A stretch of DNA of 32,000 nucleotides from Methylophaga frappieri (lineage in GTDB: Bacteria > Pseudomonadota > Gammaproteobacteria > Nitrosococcales > Methylophagaceae): assembly GCF_000260965.1 (NCBI RefSeq), contig NC_017856.1, positions 1,350,001-1,382,000 of the forward strand, read 5' to 3'. A program made the translations under genes and the position numbers. Under the pieces are notes generated by a model. The model made no database searches, was not told where the DNA came from, and was given only the letters and a program-made list of their open reading frames with translations. Positions 10,084 to 18,076 of the stretch are shown here, in pieces; positions within the stretch are counted from its first letter, which is position 1; each line of letters opens with the position of its first letter.

Positions 10084-11122
10084 CCAACTTACCTTGAAAG
10101 ATGTCAGTATTGCCTATGGCGATCACGTCGTGGCAAACCGCATTTCTTTTTCGCTTAACGTCGGGGAGATTGGCTGTCTACTTGGCCCGTCAGGTTGCGG
10201 TAAAACTTCTTTGCTGCGGGCAATTGCCGGATTTGAACCCATTCAGACTGGCACGATTAACCTAGATGGCAAACAAGTCAGCCAGCCAAATCAACATTTG
10301 CCACCTGAACAACGCAGAATTGGCATGGTATTTCAGGATTTCGCCTTATTTCCACACCTGACGGTTGCCGACAATATCGGCTTTGGCTTACACAAGCTGA
10401 CTCGTCAGGCACGTACGGAACGCGTTGAAACCCTATTGAACCTGATTGGGCTGTCAGAAGCACGCAAACAATATCCGCATCAATTGTCAGGTGGCCAACA
10501 ACAACGTGTCGCGTTGGCTCGGGCGATGGCACCACGTCCCGATATTTTACTTTTGGACGAGCCTTTTTCGAGCATGGACTCCGATTTACGCGAGCAATTA
10601 GCCCGCGAAGTTCGCCACTTACTGCAACAGGATGGTATCACCGCTATCCTGGTTACCCACGACCAAAACGAAGCTTTTGCCATGGCCGACCAGATTGGCG
10701 TGTTGGGAAATGGAGAGCTACACCAATGGGGTACGGGTTACGAACTGTATCATCAACCCGCCGATTTGTTCGTTGCTGACTTTATTGGTCAGGGTGCCTT
10801 AATACCCGGAGAAATTATCGGGCCGGATCAAATTCGTACCGAGTTAGGCATCGTTACCGGCCAGATAGCGGCAGATCATATCCAGCAAAACACGGTGGAT
10901 TTATTACTTCGACCCGATGATGTTATTCACGACGATGACAGCCCGCTAAAAGCGCAAATTATTAATCGGGCATTTCGCGGTGCGGTCTATCTCTACACAC
11001 TGAAACTGGCCTCAGGACAACTGATATATTGTCTGGTACAAAGCCACCATCAACACAATATTGGCGAAAAGCTGGGTATTCGGCTTGAAGCCGCGCATTT
11101 GCCGGTGTTTCGACGTCAGTGA
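10076..11122 (+). CDS. Fe(III)/polyamine-type ABC transporter ATP-binding protein (FbpC family)
   Basis: Walker A GPSGCGKTS, signature LSGGQQQR and Walker B LLLDEP, plus a C-terminal regulatory/TOBE-like extension. The ATG overlaps the permease stop by 8 nt. Confidence 0.9.
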   Translation: MPNQLTLKDVSIAYGDHVVANRISFSLNVGEIGCLLGPSGCGKTSLLRAIAGFEPIQTGTINLDGKQVSQPNQHLPPEQRRIGMVFQDFALFPHLTVADNIGFGLHKLTRQARTERVETLLNLIGLSEARKQYPHQLSGGQQQRVALARAMAPRPDILLLDEPFSSMDSDLREQLAREVRHLLQQDGITAILVTHDQNEAFAMADQIGVLGNGELHQWGTGYELYHQPADLFVADFIGQGALIPGEIIGPDQIRTELGIVTGQIAADHIQQNTVDLLLRPDDVIHDDDSPLKAQIINRAFRGAVYLYTLKLASGQLIYCLVQSHHQHNIGEKLGIRLEAAHLPVFRRQ

Positions 11123-11544
11123 TCGACTTGTTTGGAAGTTTTACCGACAGCCTTCACATTACGCCATCGACGATGGGCAATATGCAATAAGCGCTGGAAT
11201 GTCTCGCAGGACAAATGTTCTGCCGCTGGGCACATGGCAGCATGGCGCAAACCATCTCGCATAGCTGCCATTTCATTGATTTGTTTATCCAGCTCATTGG
11301 CTTTATTCAATAAAATTTCCCGGTTTATTGTGACGCCTTCAGGAAGCAACATCTGACTGATTTCTGCAAGAGTGAGTCCGGCTTTTTTTCCTAAGGTAAT
11401 TAAAGCAAGTCGTTGAATAACGCCATCATCAAACACGCGTCGCAAGCCTTGACGGCCGATGGCGTGAATCAAGCCTTTTTCCTCATAGAAACGTAATGTC
11501 GATGCGGGAATACGCGTTCGTTTTACTACCTCGCCTATATCCAA
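11116..11544 (-). CDS. MerR-family transcriptional regulator with a CueR-like C-x7-C loop
   Basis: The N-terminal HTH is MDIGEVVKRTRIPASTLRFYEEKGLI, followed by a long coiled-coil helix and then AAMCPAAEHLSC (Cys105 and Cys113). The start is TTG at 11544. The gene is divergent from a MerR-type promoter. Confidence 0.85.
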   Translation of the reverse strand: MDIGEVVKRTRIPASTLRFYEEKGLIHAIGRQGLRRVFDDGVIQRLALITLGKKAGLTLAEISQMLLPEGVTINREILLNKANELDKQINEMAAMRDGLRHAAMCPAAEHLSCETFQRLLHIAHRRWRNVKAVGKTSKQVDH

Positions 11545-11553
11545 TGTTTATCC

Positions 11554-11584
11554 TTGACTTCAAGTTAACTTGAAGTAATAGCAT
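11554..11584 (+). promoter_or_regulatory. MerR-type promoter/operator: -35 TTGACT, 19-bp spacer holding a perfect 20-bp palindrome, -10 TAGCAT
   Basis: TTGACT lies at 11554-11559 and the palindrome ACTTCAAGTTAACTTGAAGT at 11557-11576. TAGCAT lies at 11579-11584, giving a 19-bp spacer. This geometry matches the merT, zntA and pbrA promoters. It points toward the methyltransferase gene. Confidence 0.65.
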
Positions 11585-11628
11585 GCACTTTACGCAGAGT
11601 TTAAATCAATACGAGAAAGGAGTTCAGA

Positions 11629-12228
11629 ATGTGGGATGAACGATACAGCGGCAAAAATTATGCCTATGGCACAGAGCCGAATGATTTTTTAAAAGAGAAG
11701 TTCAGCGAACTGCCAAAGGGAAATGTGTTGTGTTTAGCAGAAGGTGAAGGTCGTAATGCCGTGTTTTTGGCTGAACAAGGCTTTGCTGTCACTGCCGTTG
11801 ATTTATCCGCCGTGGGATTAGACAAAGCCCGTTCCCTTGCGGCATCCCGCGGCGTGCCATTGATACTGATACACGCGGATTTGGCGGAGTTTGATCTGGG
11901 CTTGAATCAGTGGGACGGCATTGTCTCGATTTTTTGTGCACTGCCATCCCCGATAAGACGCCGTATGCACAAACAGGTAGTCAACGCCTTGAAGCCCGGA
12001 GGCAGTATCATAATAGAAGCCTATACCCCGCAACAGGTGGAAAATAATACCGGTGGCGGTAAAGATCCCGATCAGATGCAAACCATATTGTCACTTAAAC
12101 AAGAACTGTCTGGCTTATCATTTACTCACTTGATTGAGAAACAACGTGATGTTAACGAAGGTATTTATCACACAGGACTCAGCGCTATCGTCCAGGCCAT
12201 CGCCTTCAAGGATCCAGATATTACCTAA
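11629..12228 (+). CDS. class I SAM-dependent methyltransferase (TehB-like)
   Basis: 199 aa. The SAM-binding motif I region is VLCLAEGEGRNAVFLAEQGFAVTAVDLS (compare TehB LDLGCGNGRNSLYLA). Motif II-like PGGSIIIEAY is present. A GAAAGGAG Shine-Dalgarno lies upstream. Confidence 0.75.
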   Translation: MWDERYSGKNYAYGTEPNDFLKEKFSELPKGNVLCLAEGEGRNAVFLAEQGFAVTAVDLSAVGLDKARSLAASRGVPLILIHADLAEFDLGLNQWDGIVSIFCALPSPIRRRMHKQVVNALKPGGSIIIEAYTPQQVENNTGGGKDPDQMQTILSLKQELSGLSFTHLIEKQRDVNEGIYHTGLSAIVQAIAFKDPDIT

Positions 12229-12627
12229 ACGCTATTGATCTAAACGGTTAAGTAATGCTTCTGGTTTGACAATAAATATATGCCAAAACACCATGCAATA
12301 CGCCGATTTCAGTTCGCGATATCGCGGCAAAACCGGCTGACACTATGTCAGTCACGATACGAACTCCTATTAGGCTTTCATGTCCCGTGGATAGTATTGA
12401 TCTGAGAAGTCAGCTTCTGCCGGCATGAAACGAAAGGTCTCTCTGGACACAGTCATATGCTAAGCGACACTCTTTTACGTAACGTCGATTTGGCACGCTT
12501 CAGAAAATCGCGCATCAGTCGGTTACGCGGATGCAGTCCTTGAATTGATTGGCATCGTCAAAACGTGATTTAGTCAGTGCTAATAATGAGTTTGACATCA
12601 TGCTGCCCTTTTTGGCCATTTACGGCA

Positions 12628-13482
12628 TTATTCGATATTTTGGATCTGTTCGCGCATTTGTTCAATTAGCACTTTTAAATCAACCGCATAGCGCGTTGTG
12701 GCAGTATCGATCGATTTTGATCCTAAGGTATTGGCTTCGCGATTAAGTTCTTGCATTAAAAAGTCCAATCGTCTGCCAACAGGGCCCTGCCGAGACAAAA
12801 TATTCTGCACTTCGCTGATATGACTCTCAAGCCTGTCCAGCTCCTCTGCAACATCGCTTTTCTGAGCCAATAGCGCCACTTCTTGTGCTAACCGCTCACT
12901 ATCCAGCTCGACTTGTAAATCCTGCAGGCGTTGCAGCAGTTTTTCATGATGTCTGGTCAAAATTTCGGGCAACAGTTGCCGGACATCCCTGGCAATATTG
13001 CCAATATCCTGACAACGCTGCTGTAATAACACTGCCAGTGACGCCCCTTCTCGCCGTCTGGTATCAATAAAATCGGTCAGTGTCTGTTTCAGGCACTGCA
13101 AAGCTTGTTCATGCAGGATTGCCATATCGACATCTGGTTGTTTGAGAATCCCCGGCCATTGTAATAGTTTTAACGGATCAATCGGGGTCGATGCGGCTGT
13201 CATGGCAGCTAGTTGGCGACTGGCATTGACTACGGCGCTGGCCAGTTTTTCATCGATCTCCAGCGCTTGTTCTCCCTGATGGGCAGGTTGAAAACGTAAA
13301 ATTGCTTCTACTTTGCCACGACTGATTTCGGCAGACATCACTTTTCTGACTGCTATTTCCAGCGGTCGAAACGACTCATCCATGCGCAGACTCAATTCGA
13401 GATAACGGTGATTTACACTTCTTATCTCCCAACTGAGCACACCACTATCTAAAACCATTTCATGGCGAGCAAACGCCGTCAT
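12628..13482 (-). CDS. yicC: YicC-family stress-induced protein (UPF0701)
   Basis: The N-terminus MTAFARHE...WEIRSVNHRYLE matches the E. coli YicC pattern SMTAYARRE...WEMRSVNQRYLE. The C-terminal segment LDFLMQELNREANTLGSKS is also YicC-like. Alternative starts are GTG at 13494 and TTG at 13500. Confidence 0.88.
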   Translation of the reverse strand: MTAFARHEMVLDSGVLSWEIRSVNHRYLELSLRMDESFRPLEIAVRKVMSAEISRGKVEAILRFQPAHQGEQALEIDEKLASAVVNASRQLAAMTAASTPIDPLKLLQWPGILKQPDVDMAILHEQALQCLKQTLTDFIDTRRREGASLAVLLQQRCQDIGNIARDVRQLLPEILTRHHEKLLQRLQDLQVELDSERLAQEVALLAQKSDVAEELDRLESHISEVQNILSRQGPVGRRLDFLMQELNREANTLGSKSIDTATTRYAVDLKVLIEQMREQIQNIE

Positions 13483-13608
13483 ACTTAGTGTCACAACCAA
13501 AATCCTTGTTTATTTTTAAGATAGGTATGGTACCGAATATGATGGGCAAAACCCATCATGAAAAAGATTGTCAGTATAATGGGCTGTTTTTTTAAGAGGA
13601 TTGAATTT

Positions 13609-14325
13609 ATGCGTCCCAGCGGTCGTTTACCGGACCAGTTACGCGACATCACCATCAGCAGACATTACACCAAACATGCTGAAGGATCGGTGCTCATTGC
13701 TTTTGGCGATACCAAAGTATTGTGTACGGCCAGTATTGAAGAAAAAATACCGCCTTTTTTACGCGGCACGGGTGAAGGCTGGGTAACAGCAGAGTACGGT
13801 ATGTTGCCACGTTCTACCGGCTCACGCATGCAACGTGAAGCAACTCGCGGCAAACAAGGTGGACGCACCATGGAAATCCAACGGTTAATTGGCCGTTCCT
13901 TGCGGGCTGCCATTGACCTGAAAGCACTTGGCGAGCGCACTATTACCATTGATTGCGATGTTATTCAGGCTGATGGCGGGACTCGAACCGCGTCAATCAC
14001 AGGCGCCTTTGTCGCGCTGCAGGATGCCATTGATTACCTCATCAAAAACCGCAAACTTAAAAAAAGCCCCTTGCACGGTCAGGTTGCTTCTGTTTCTGTT
14101 GGTATCTATGAGGGAACGCCAGTGCTCGATTTAGATTACCCGGAAGACTCCAGTGCGGAGACCGATATGAATGTGGTGATGAATGATGCCGGTGCTTTCA
14201 TCGAACTACAAGGCACGGCTGAGGGCCATGCTTTTCGTCGAGAGGAGCTACAAGCGATGCTGGAACTCGCAGATAAAGGCATTCAGACCTTAATGACAAA
14301 GCAACGTGAGGCACTCTCCGCGTGA
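13609..14325 (+). CDS. rph: ribonuclease PH
   Basis: The start at ATG 13609 ([12 protein letters not shown]) gives 238 aa, the canonical RNase PH length. The body is RNase PH-like ([10 protein letters not shown] ... [14 protein letters not shown]). Confidence 0.95.
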   Translation: MRPSGRLPDQLRDITISRHYTKHAEGSVLIAFGDTKVLCTASIEEKIPPFLRGTGEGWVTAEYGMLPRSTGSRMQREATRGKQGGRTMEIQRLIGRSLRAAIDLKALGERTITIDCDVIQADGGTRTASITGAFVALQDAIDYLIKNRKLKKSPLHGQVASVSVGIYEGTPVLDLDYPEDSSAETDMNVVMNDAGAFIELQGTAEGHAFRREELQAMLELADKGIQTLMTKQREALSA

Positions 14326-14927
14326 CTCAAATCGTGCTAGCCAGTAGTAATAAAGGAAAGCTGAGAGAATTGTCTCAGCTTCTCTCACCACTTGGCTTCG
14401 AATTATTAGCGCAATCAGAGTTAGGCGTTGACGATGCTGACGAAACCGGACTCAGCTTTGTCGAAAATGCCATCATCAAAGCACGCCATGCCGCTCAGAT
14501 AACCGGTTTACCGGCACTGGCTGATGACTCTGGCCTTGAAATTGATGCTTTGCATGGCGCGCCGGGCATTTACTCTTCACGATATGCTGGAGAATCAGCG
14601 TCAGATGCTGAAAATATCAACAAAGTGTTGGCAGCATTACGCGAGGTCCCAGAAACTGAGCGAACGGCAAGGTTTCAATGCATTTTAGTCTTTATGCGTC
14701 ATGCCGCTGATCCCACTCCCTTGATTTGTCAGGGCAGCTGGCAAGGGCAAATTCTGACCGAACCGGTTGGGGATGGTGGCTTCGGTTACGATCCAATCTT
14801 TCGGGTTACAGAAACAGATAGCAGCGCGGCAGAACTGAGCCCTGAACAAAAACAAGCGATCAGTCATCGTGGTAAAGCGTTAAGGCAGTTTCTAGAAGCG
14901 TTTCAATACGCCAGACATTTGCCCTGA
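14322..14927 (+). CDS. rdgB: dITP/XTP pyrophosphatase (RdgB/HAM1 family)
   Basis: The sequence [13 protein letters not shown] ... FGYDPIF ... ISHRGKA is RdgB-like. The GTG start overlaps the rph TGA as GTGA at 14322-14325. Confidence 0.92.
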   Translation: MTQIVLASSNKGKLRELSQLLSPLGFELLAQSELGVDDADETGLSFVENAIIKARHAAQITGLPALADDSGLEIDALHGAPGIYSSRYAGESASDAENINKVLAALREVPETERTARFQCILVFMRHAADPTPLICQGSWQGQILTEPVGDGGFGYDPIFRVTETDSSAAELSPEQKQAISHRGKALRQFLEAFQYARHLP

Positions 14928-14947
14928 TCACGCACCTCGCTCTGGGT

Positions 14948-16108
14948 ATGTTTCATTTCACTACACTGCCGCCGCTGAGCTTATACATTCATGTGCCTTG
15001 GTGTGTCCGCAAATGCCCTTATTGCGACTTTAATTCTCATCATGCACGTGACACGCTTCCTGAAAAAGCCTATGTTCAGGCTCTGCTAGCAGATCTCGAA
15101 CAAGAACTGCCGCTTATTTGGGGAAGAACGGTTAACAGCATTTTTATCGGTGGCGGCACGCCAAGCCTGTTTTCTGCTGAAGCTTATGATCAGCTATTTT
15201 CTGGTATTCGTTCTTTATTGCCATTGCGTGCAGATGCAGAAATCACGCTGGAAGCTAACCCCGGCACATTTGAAGCCGCCCGCTTCCATGACTATCGGCA
15301 GTTAGGTATCAATCGCCTCTCCATTGGCATACAAAGTTTTGATAATAACGCGCTTATGCGGTTAGGCAGAATTCATGATGGTGAAGAAGCGAAGCGTGCC
15401 GTAGAGATTGCTCGACTGGTGGGCTTTGAAAATCTCAATTTGGATTTGATGTTTGGTCTGCCCGGTCAAACAGCAGTGACAGCGGAACAAGATGTTAAAA
15501 CGGCCATTGATTTAGCGCCAACGCATATTTCGTATTATCAACTGACCATCGAGCCGAATACGCTCTTTTATCAACAGCCGCCTGATTTACCCGAAGATGA
15601 TCCCATCATTGATTGGCAGGAGGCCAGTCAACAACGTCTTGCACAAGCGGGTTACCAACAGTACGAAGTGTCTGCTTATGCCCAATCCGGCAAAGCATGC
15701 CGCCACAACCTGAACTATTGGCAGTTTGGTGACTATATTGGTATCGGGGCTGGCGCACATGGCAAAATTTCTGATGCTGCCCAACAGACGATTACGCGGC
15801 GACTCAAACACAAACAACCCCAAGCCTATATGGATAAAACCATGAATCAGGCTGGACTGTTTAAGTCAGAGTTATTAAACGTGCGGGATATTGGCTTTGA
15901 GTTTATGTTGAATGCACTCCGATTAACGGAGGGGTTTGAGACGCGTTTATTTCAACAGCGGACTGGTATCCCATTGAAGCATCTCGATAAAGCACTCCAA
16001 ATCGCCGAGACAGAGAATCTCTTGCATTACGATATTCACCGGATTTGCCCAACTGAGAAAGGTCGTCGCTACCTGAATACACTCATTGAGCTATTTCTAC
16101 CGGAATAG
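14948..16108 (+). CDS. hemW: radical SAM heme chaperone HemW (YggW, oxygen-independent coproporphyrinogen oxidase-like)
   Basis: Radical SAM CxxxCxxC motif (HVPWCVRKCPYCDF), 386 aa. It follows rdgB as in many gammaproteobacteria. Confidence 0.9.
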   Translation: MFHFTTLPPLSLYIHVPWCVRKCPYCDFNSHHARDTLPEKAYVQALLADLEQELPLIWGRTVNSIFIGGGTPSLFSAEAYDQLFSGIRSLLPLRADAEITLEANPGTFEAARFHDYRQLGINRLSIGIQSFDNNALMRLGRIHDGEEAKRAVEIARLVGFENLNLDLMFGLPGQTAVTAEQDVKTAIDLAPTHISYYQLTIEPNTLFYQQPPDLPEDDPIIDWQEASQQRLAQAGYQQYEVSAYAQSGKACRHNLNYWQFGDYIGIGAGAHGKISDAAQQTITRRLKHKQPQAYMDKTMNQAGLFKSELLNVRDIGFEFMLNALRLTEGFETRLFQQRTGIPLKHLDKALQIAETENLLHYDIHRICPTEKGRRYLNTLIELFLPE

Positions 16109-16145
16109 TATGCTTAGCTTTCTTCATTCATCGGGAGTTGGTGCC

Positions 16146-16442
16146 ATGCCAAAATGCGGCTTTTTTGTCTCAGCAACGGTCATGCTTTTGGTTTCTGTTT
16201 CAGCACAGGCCGATGTATTGTCAATTGCAACGCCAACCTACACCACACCGAATAGTGCAGCTGGGGTATTAAGACCAACGCAGGGCATGACCATGCAGCA
16301 AGTTGAACAACGCTTTGGTGCACCGAGTCAGCGTTTAAATGCGATTGGTGAACCGCCGATTACACGTTGGCACTACCCTGATTTTGATGTGTTTTTCGAA
16401 CACAGCCAAGTCATCCACGCCGTGGTACCACGACAACAATAA
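16146..16442 (+). CDS. small secreted protein of unknown function
   Basis: I prefer ATG 16146, which has a GGGAG Shine-Dalgarno 8 nt upstream. This gives the Sec signal peptide MPKCGFFVSATVMLLVSVSAQA followed by DV. The mature part is about 76 aa and I recognise no family. Earlier in-frame ATGs are at 16110 and 16086. Confidence 0.6.
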   Translation: MPKCGFFVSATVMLLVSVSAQADVLSIATPTYTTPNSAAGVLRPTQGMTMQQVEQRFGAPSQRLNAIGEPPITRWHYPDFDVFFEHSQVIHAVVPRQQ

Positions 16443-16958
16443 TCAGGGTTCAGTGACCGTCTCAATACCCAAAAACCGACGTTTTGCCCAGTTAGGTAAA
16501 GTCCCTACCCGCGCATGATGCAGAGAATCTGATTCAATAACGATTAACGCCAGTGTTGTCAGCAAAGTTGGCAAAAAACCTAAACCACCGATAAAGGCAA
16601 ATACCGCTTCTTTCATCATGCCTAAATAAGTGTAGCCGAGAAATCCCAGAACAGTGATACTGACCAGAATCAGTAAAACGGATGCGAATAACTTGCTCCA
16701 ACGCCGGGCAATCTGCCAGTGAATGTAAACAAACTCACTATCACTGCGCTTGACACGACTGGCGCGCCAGAACGTATAGCCAAGAAAACAAAAAGACAGC
16801 ACTGGCACCAATACAATAAATTCAAAATAGCTTTTTCCTGTTGCAGCTATCGCCGTAAACAACAAGATATGGTTGGCAATGAGATTGGTCAGAAAGATAT
16901 CGTGTGGCGTGCGCGCGATACTTCTTTCCGTTTCTGTTGGCGCCAGTGCCGCCGTCAT
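16443..16958 (-). CDS. hypothetical integral membrane protein (about 4 TM segments)
   Basis: 171 aa with four hydrophobic stretches. Its ATG directly abuts the thrC TAA (TAAATG), implying co-translation with the hom-thrC operon. I recognise no family. Confidence 0.6.
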   Translation of the reverse strand: MTAALAPTETERSIARTPHDIFLTNLIANHILLFTAIAATGKSYFEFIVLVPVLSFCFLGYTFWRASRVKRSDSEFVYIHWQIARRWSKLFASVLLILVSITVLGFLGYTYLGMMKEAVFAFIGGLGFLPTLLTTLALIVIESDSLHHARVGTLPNWAKRRFLGIETVTEP

Positions 16959-18041
16959 TTAGGTACCCATATTATTCAATATCGCATCACGGACCGAATC
17001 CAGATCCGCATTCACTGTTACCACAGCAGAAGTGCTCTGCTTAATAGCCGTATCGGGATCTTTCAGACCATGACCAGTCAGCGTACAAACCACTTTACTG
17101 TTTTCTGGAATCTTGCCATTCTTGATATCCCGTAATGCGCCAGCAACAGAAGCCGCCGAAGCCGGTTCACAGAAAATGCCTTCCATTTCTGCTAGTAACT
17201 TTTGAGCCGCAAGAATTTCTTCATCGGTGCACTCATCAAACCAACCGCCTGATTCTTCTTTCACTTTCCAGGCCTTGTCCCAGCTTTGCGGATGGCCAAT
17301 TCGAATGGCGGTCGCGACTGTTTCGGGATCATCTACCATGTGGCCACGCATAAATGGGGCACTGCCACTGGCTTGAAAGCCCAGCATTTTTGGCCGCGTG
17401 GCGACAATACCATCTTCATAATATTCGCTGTAGCCCATCCAATGCGCGGTAATATTGCCAGCATTACCGACCGGCAGACAGTGATAATCTGGCGCACAAG
17501 ATAATTCTTCAACAATTTCAAACGCGGCTGTTTTCTGACCTTGTAGTCGATACGGGTTAATCGAATTAACGATAGTCACCGGTGCATGCTGAGCGACATC
17601 TTTAACCAATTGCATACCCTGATCAAAGTTCCCCTTGATCTGGATCACCGTGGCGCCATGCATCATCGCCTGAGCAAGCTTGCCCTGCGCGATTTTACCA
17701 TCAGGAATCAGGACAAACGCAGTGATACCAGCACGTGATGCATAGGCTGCGGCCGCCGCTGAAGTATTACCCGTCGATGCACAAATAATGGCTTTACTGC
17801 CTTCTTCAACCGCTTTGGTAACCGCCATGGTCATACCACGATCTTTAAATGATCCGGTTGGATTGAGCCCTTCGTACTTAATATACATATCGACATGTTT
17901 GCCGATTTTTTTGGGAATGTTGTTGAGCTTAATGAGTGGTGTATTGCCTTCACCAAGACTAATCAAGCGCGTATCGTCATTGACCGGCAGACGATCACGA
18001 TAATGTTCAATCAGACCAGTGTAACGGGGTCGGAATTGCAT
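16959..18041 (-). CDS. thrC: threonine synthase
   Basis: 360 aa with the PLP-lysine motif GSFKDRG and a short-form ThrC body. It has an AAGAGGAA Shine-Dalgarno and lies downstream of hom. Confidence 0.93.
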   Translation of the reverse strand: MQFRPRYTGLIEHYRDRLPVNDDTRLISLGEGNTPLIKLNNIPKKIGKHVDMYIKYEGLNPTGSFKDRGMTMAVTKAVEEGSKAIICASTGNTSAAAAAYASRAGITAFVLIPDGKIAQGKLAQAMMHGATVIQIKGNFDQGMQLVKDVAQHAPVTIVNSINPYRLQGQKTAAFEIVEELSCAPDYHCLPVGNAGNITAHWMGYSEYYEDGIVATRPKMLGFQASGSAPFMRGHMVDDPETVATAIRIGHPQSWDKAWKVKEESGGWFDECTDEEILAAQKLLAEMEGIFCEPASAASVAGALRDIKNGKIPENSKVVCTLTGHGLKDPDTAIKQSTSAVVTVNADLDSVRDAILNNMGT

Positions 18042-18076
18042 ATATTTTCCTCTTAAATTCTTAAAATAGGCCGATA

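Noticed and set aside
12229-12627. Known housekeeping RNAs (RNase P RNA, 6S RNA, tmRNA, tRNA) in the large gap.
   Set aside because: There is no GGAAAGUCCGGGC-type RNase P core, no tRNA-like acceptor/T-arm and no tmRNA tag ORF. The context (not upstream of ygfA) does not fit 6S RNA.
12549-12746. 65-aa plus-strand ORF spanning the gap and the yicC 3' end.
   Set aside because: More than half of it lies antisense to the well-supported yicC coding sequence. It has no Shine-Dalgarno and its sequence is low-complexity and hydrophobic.
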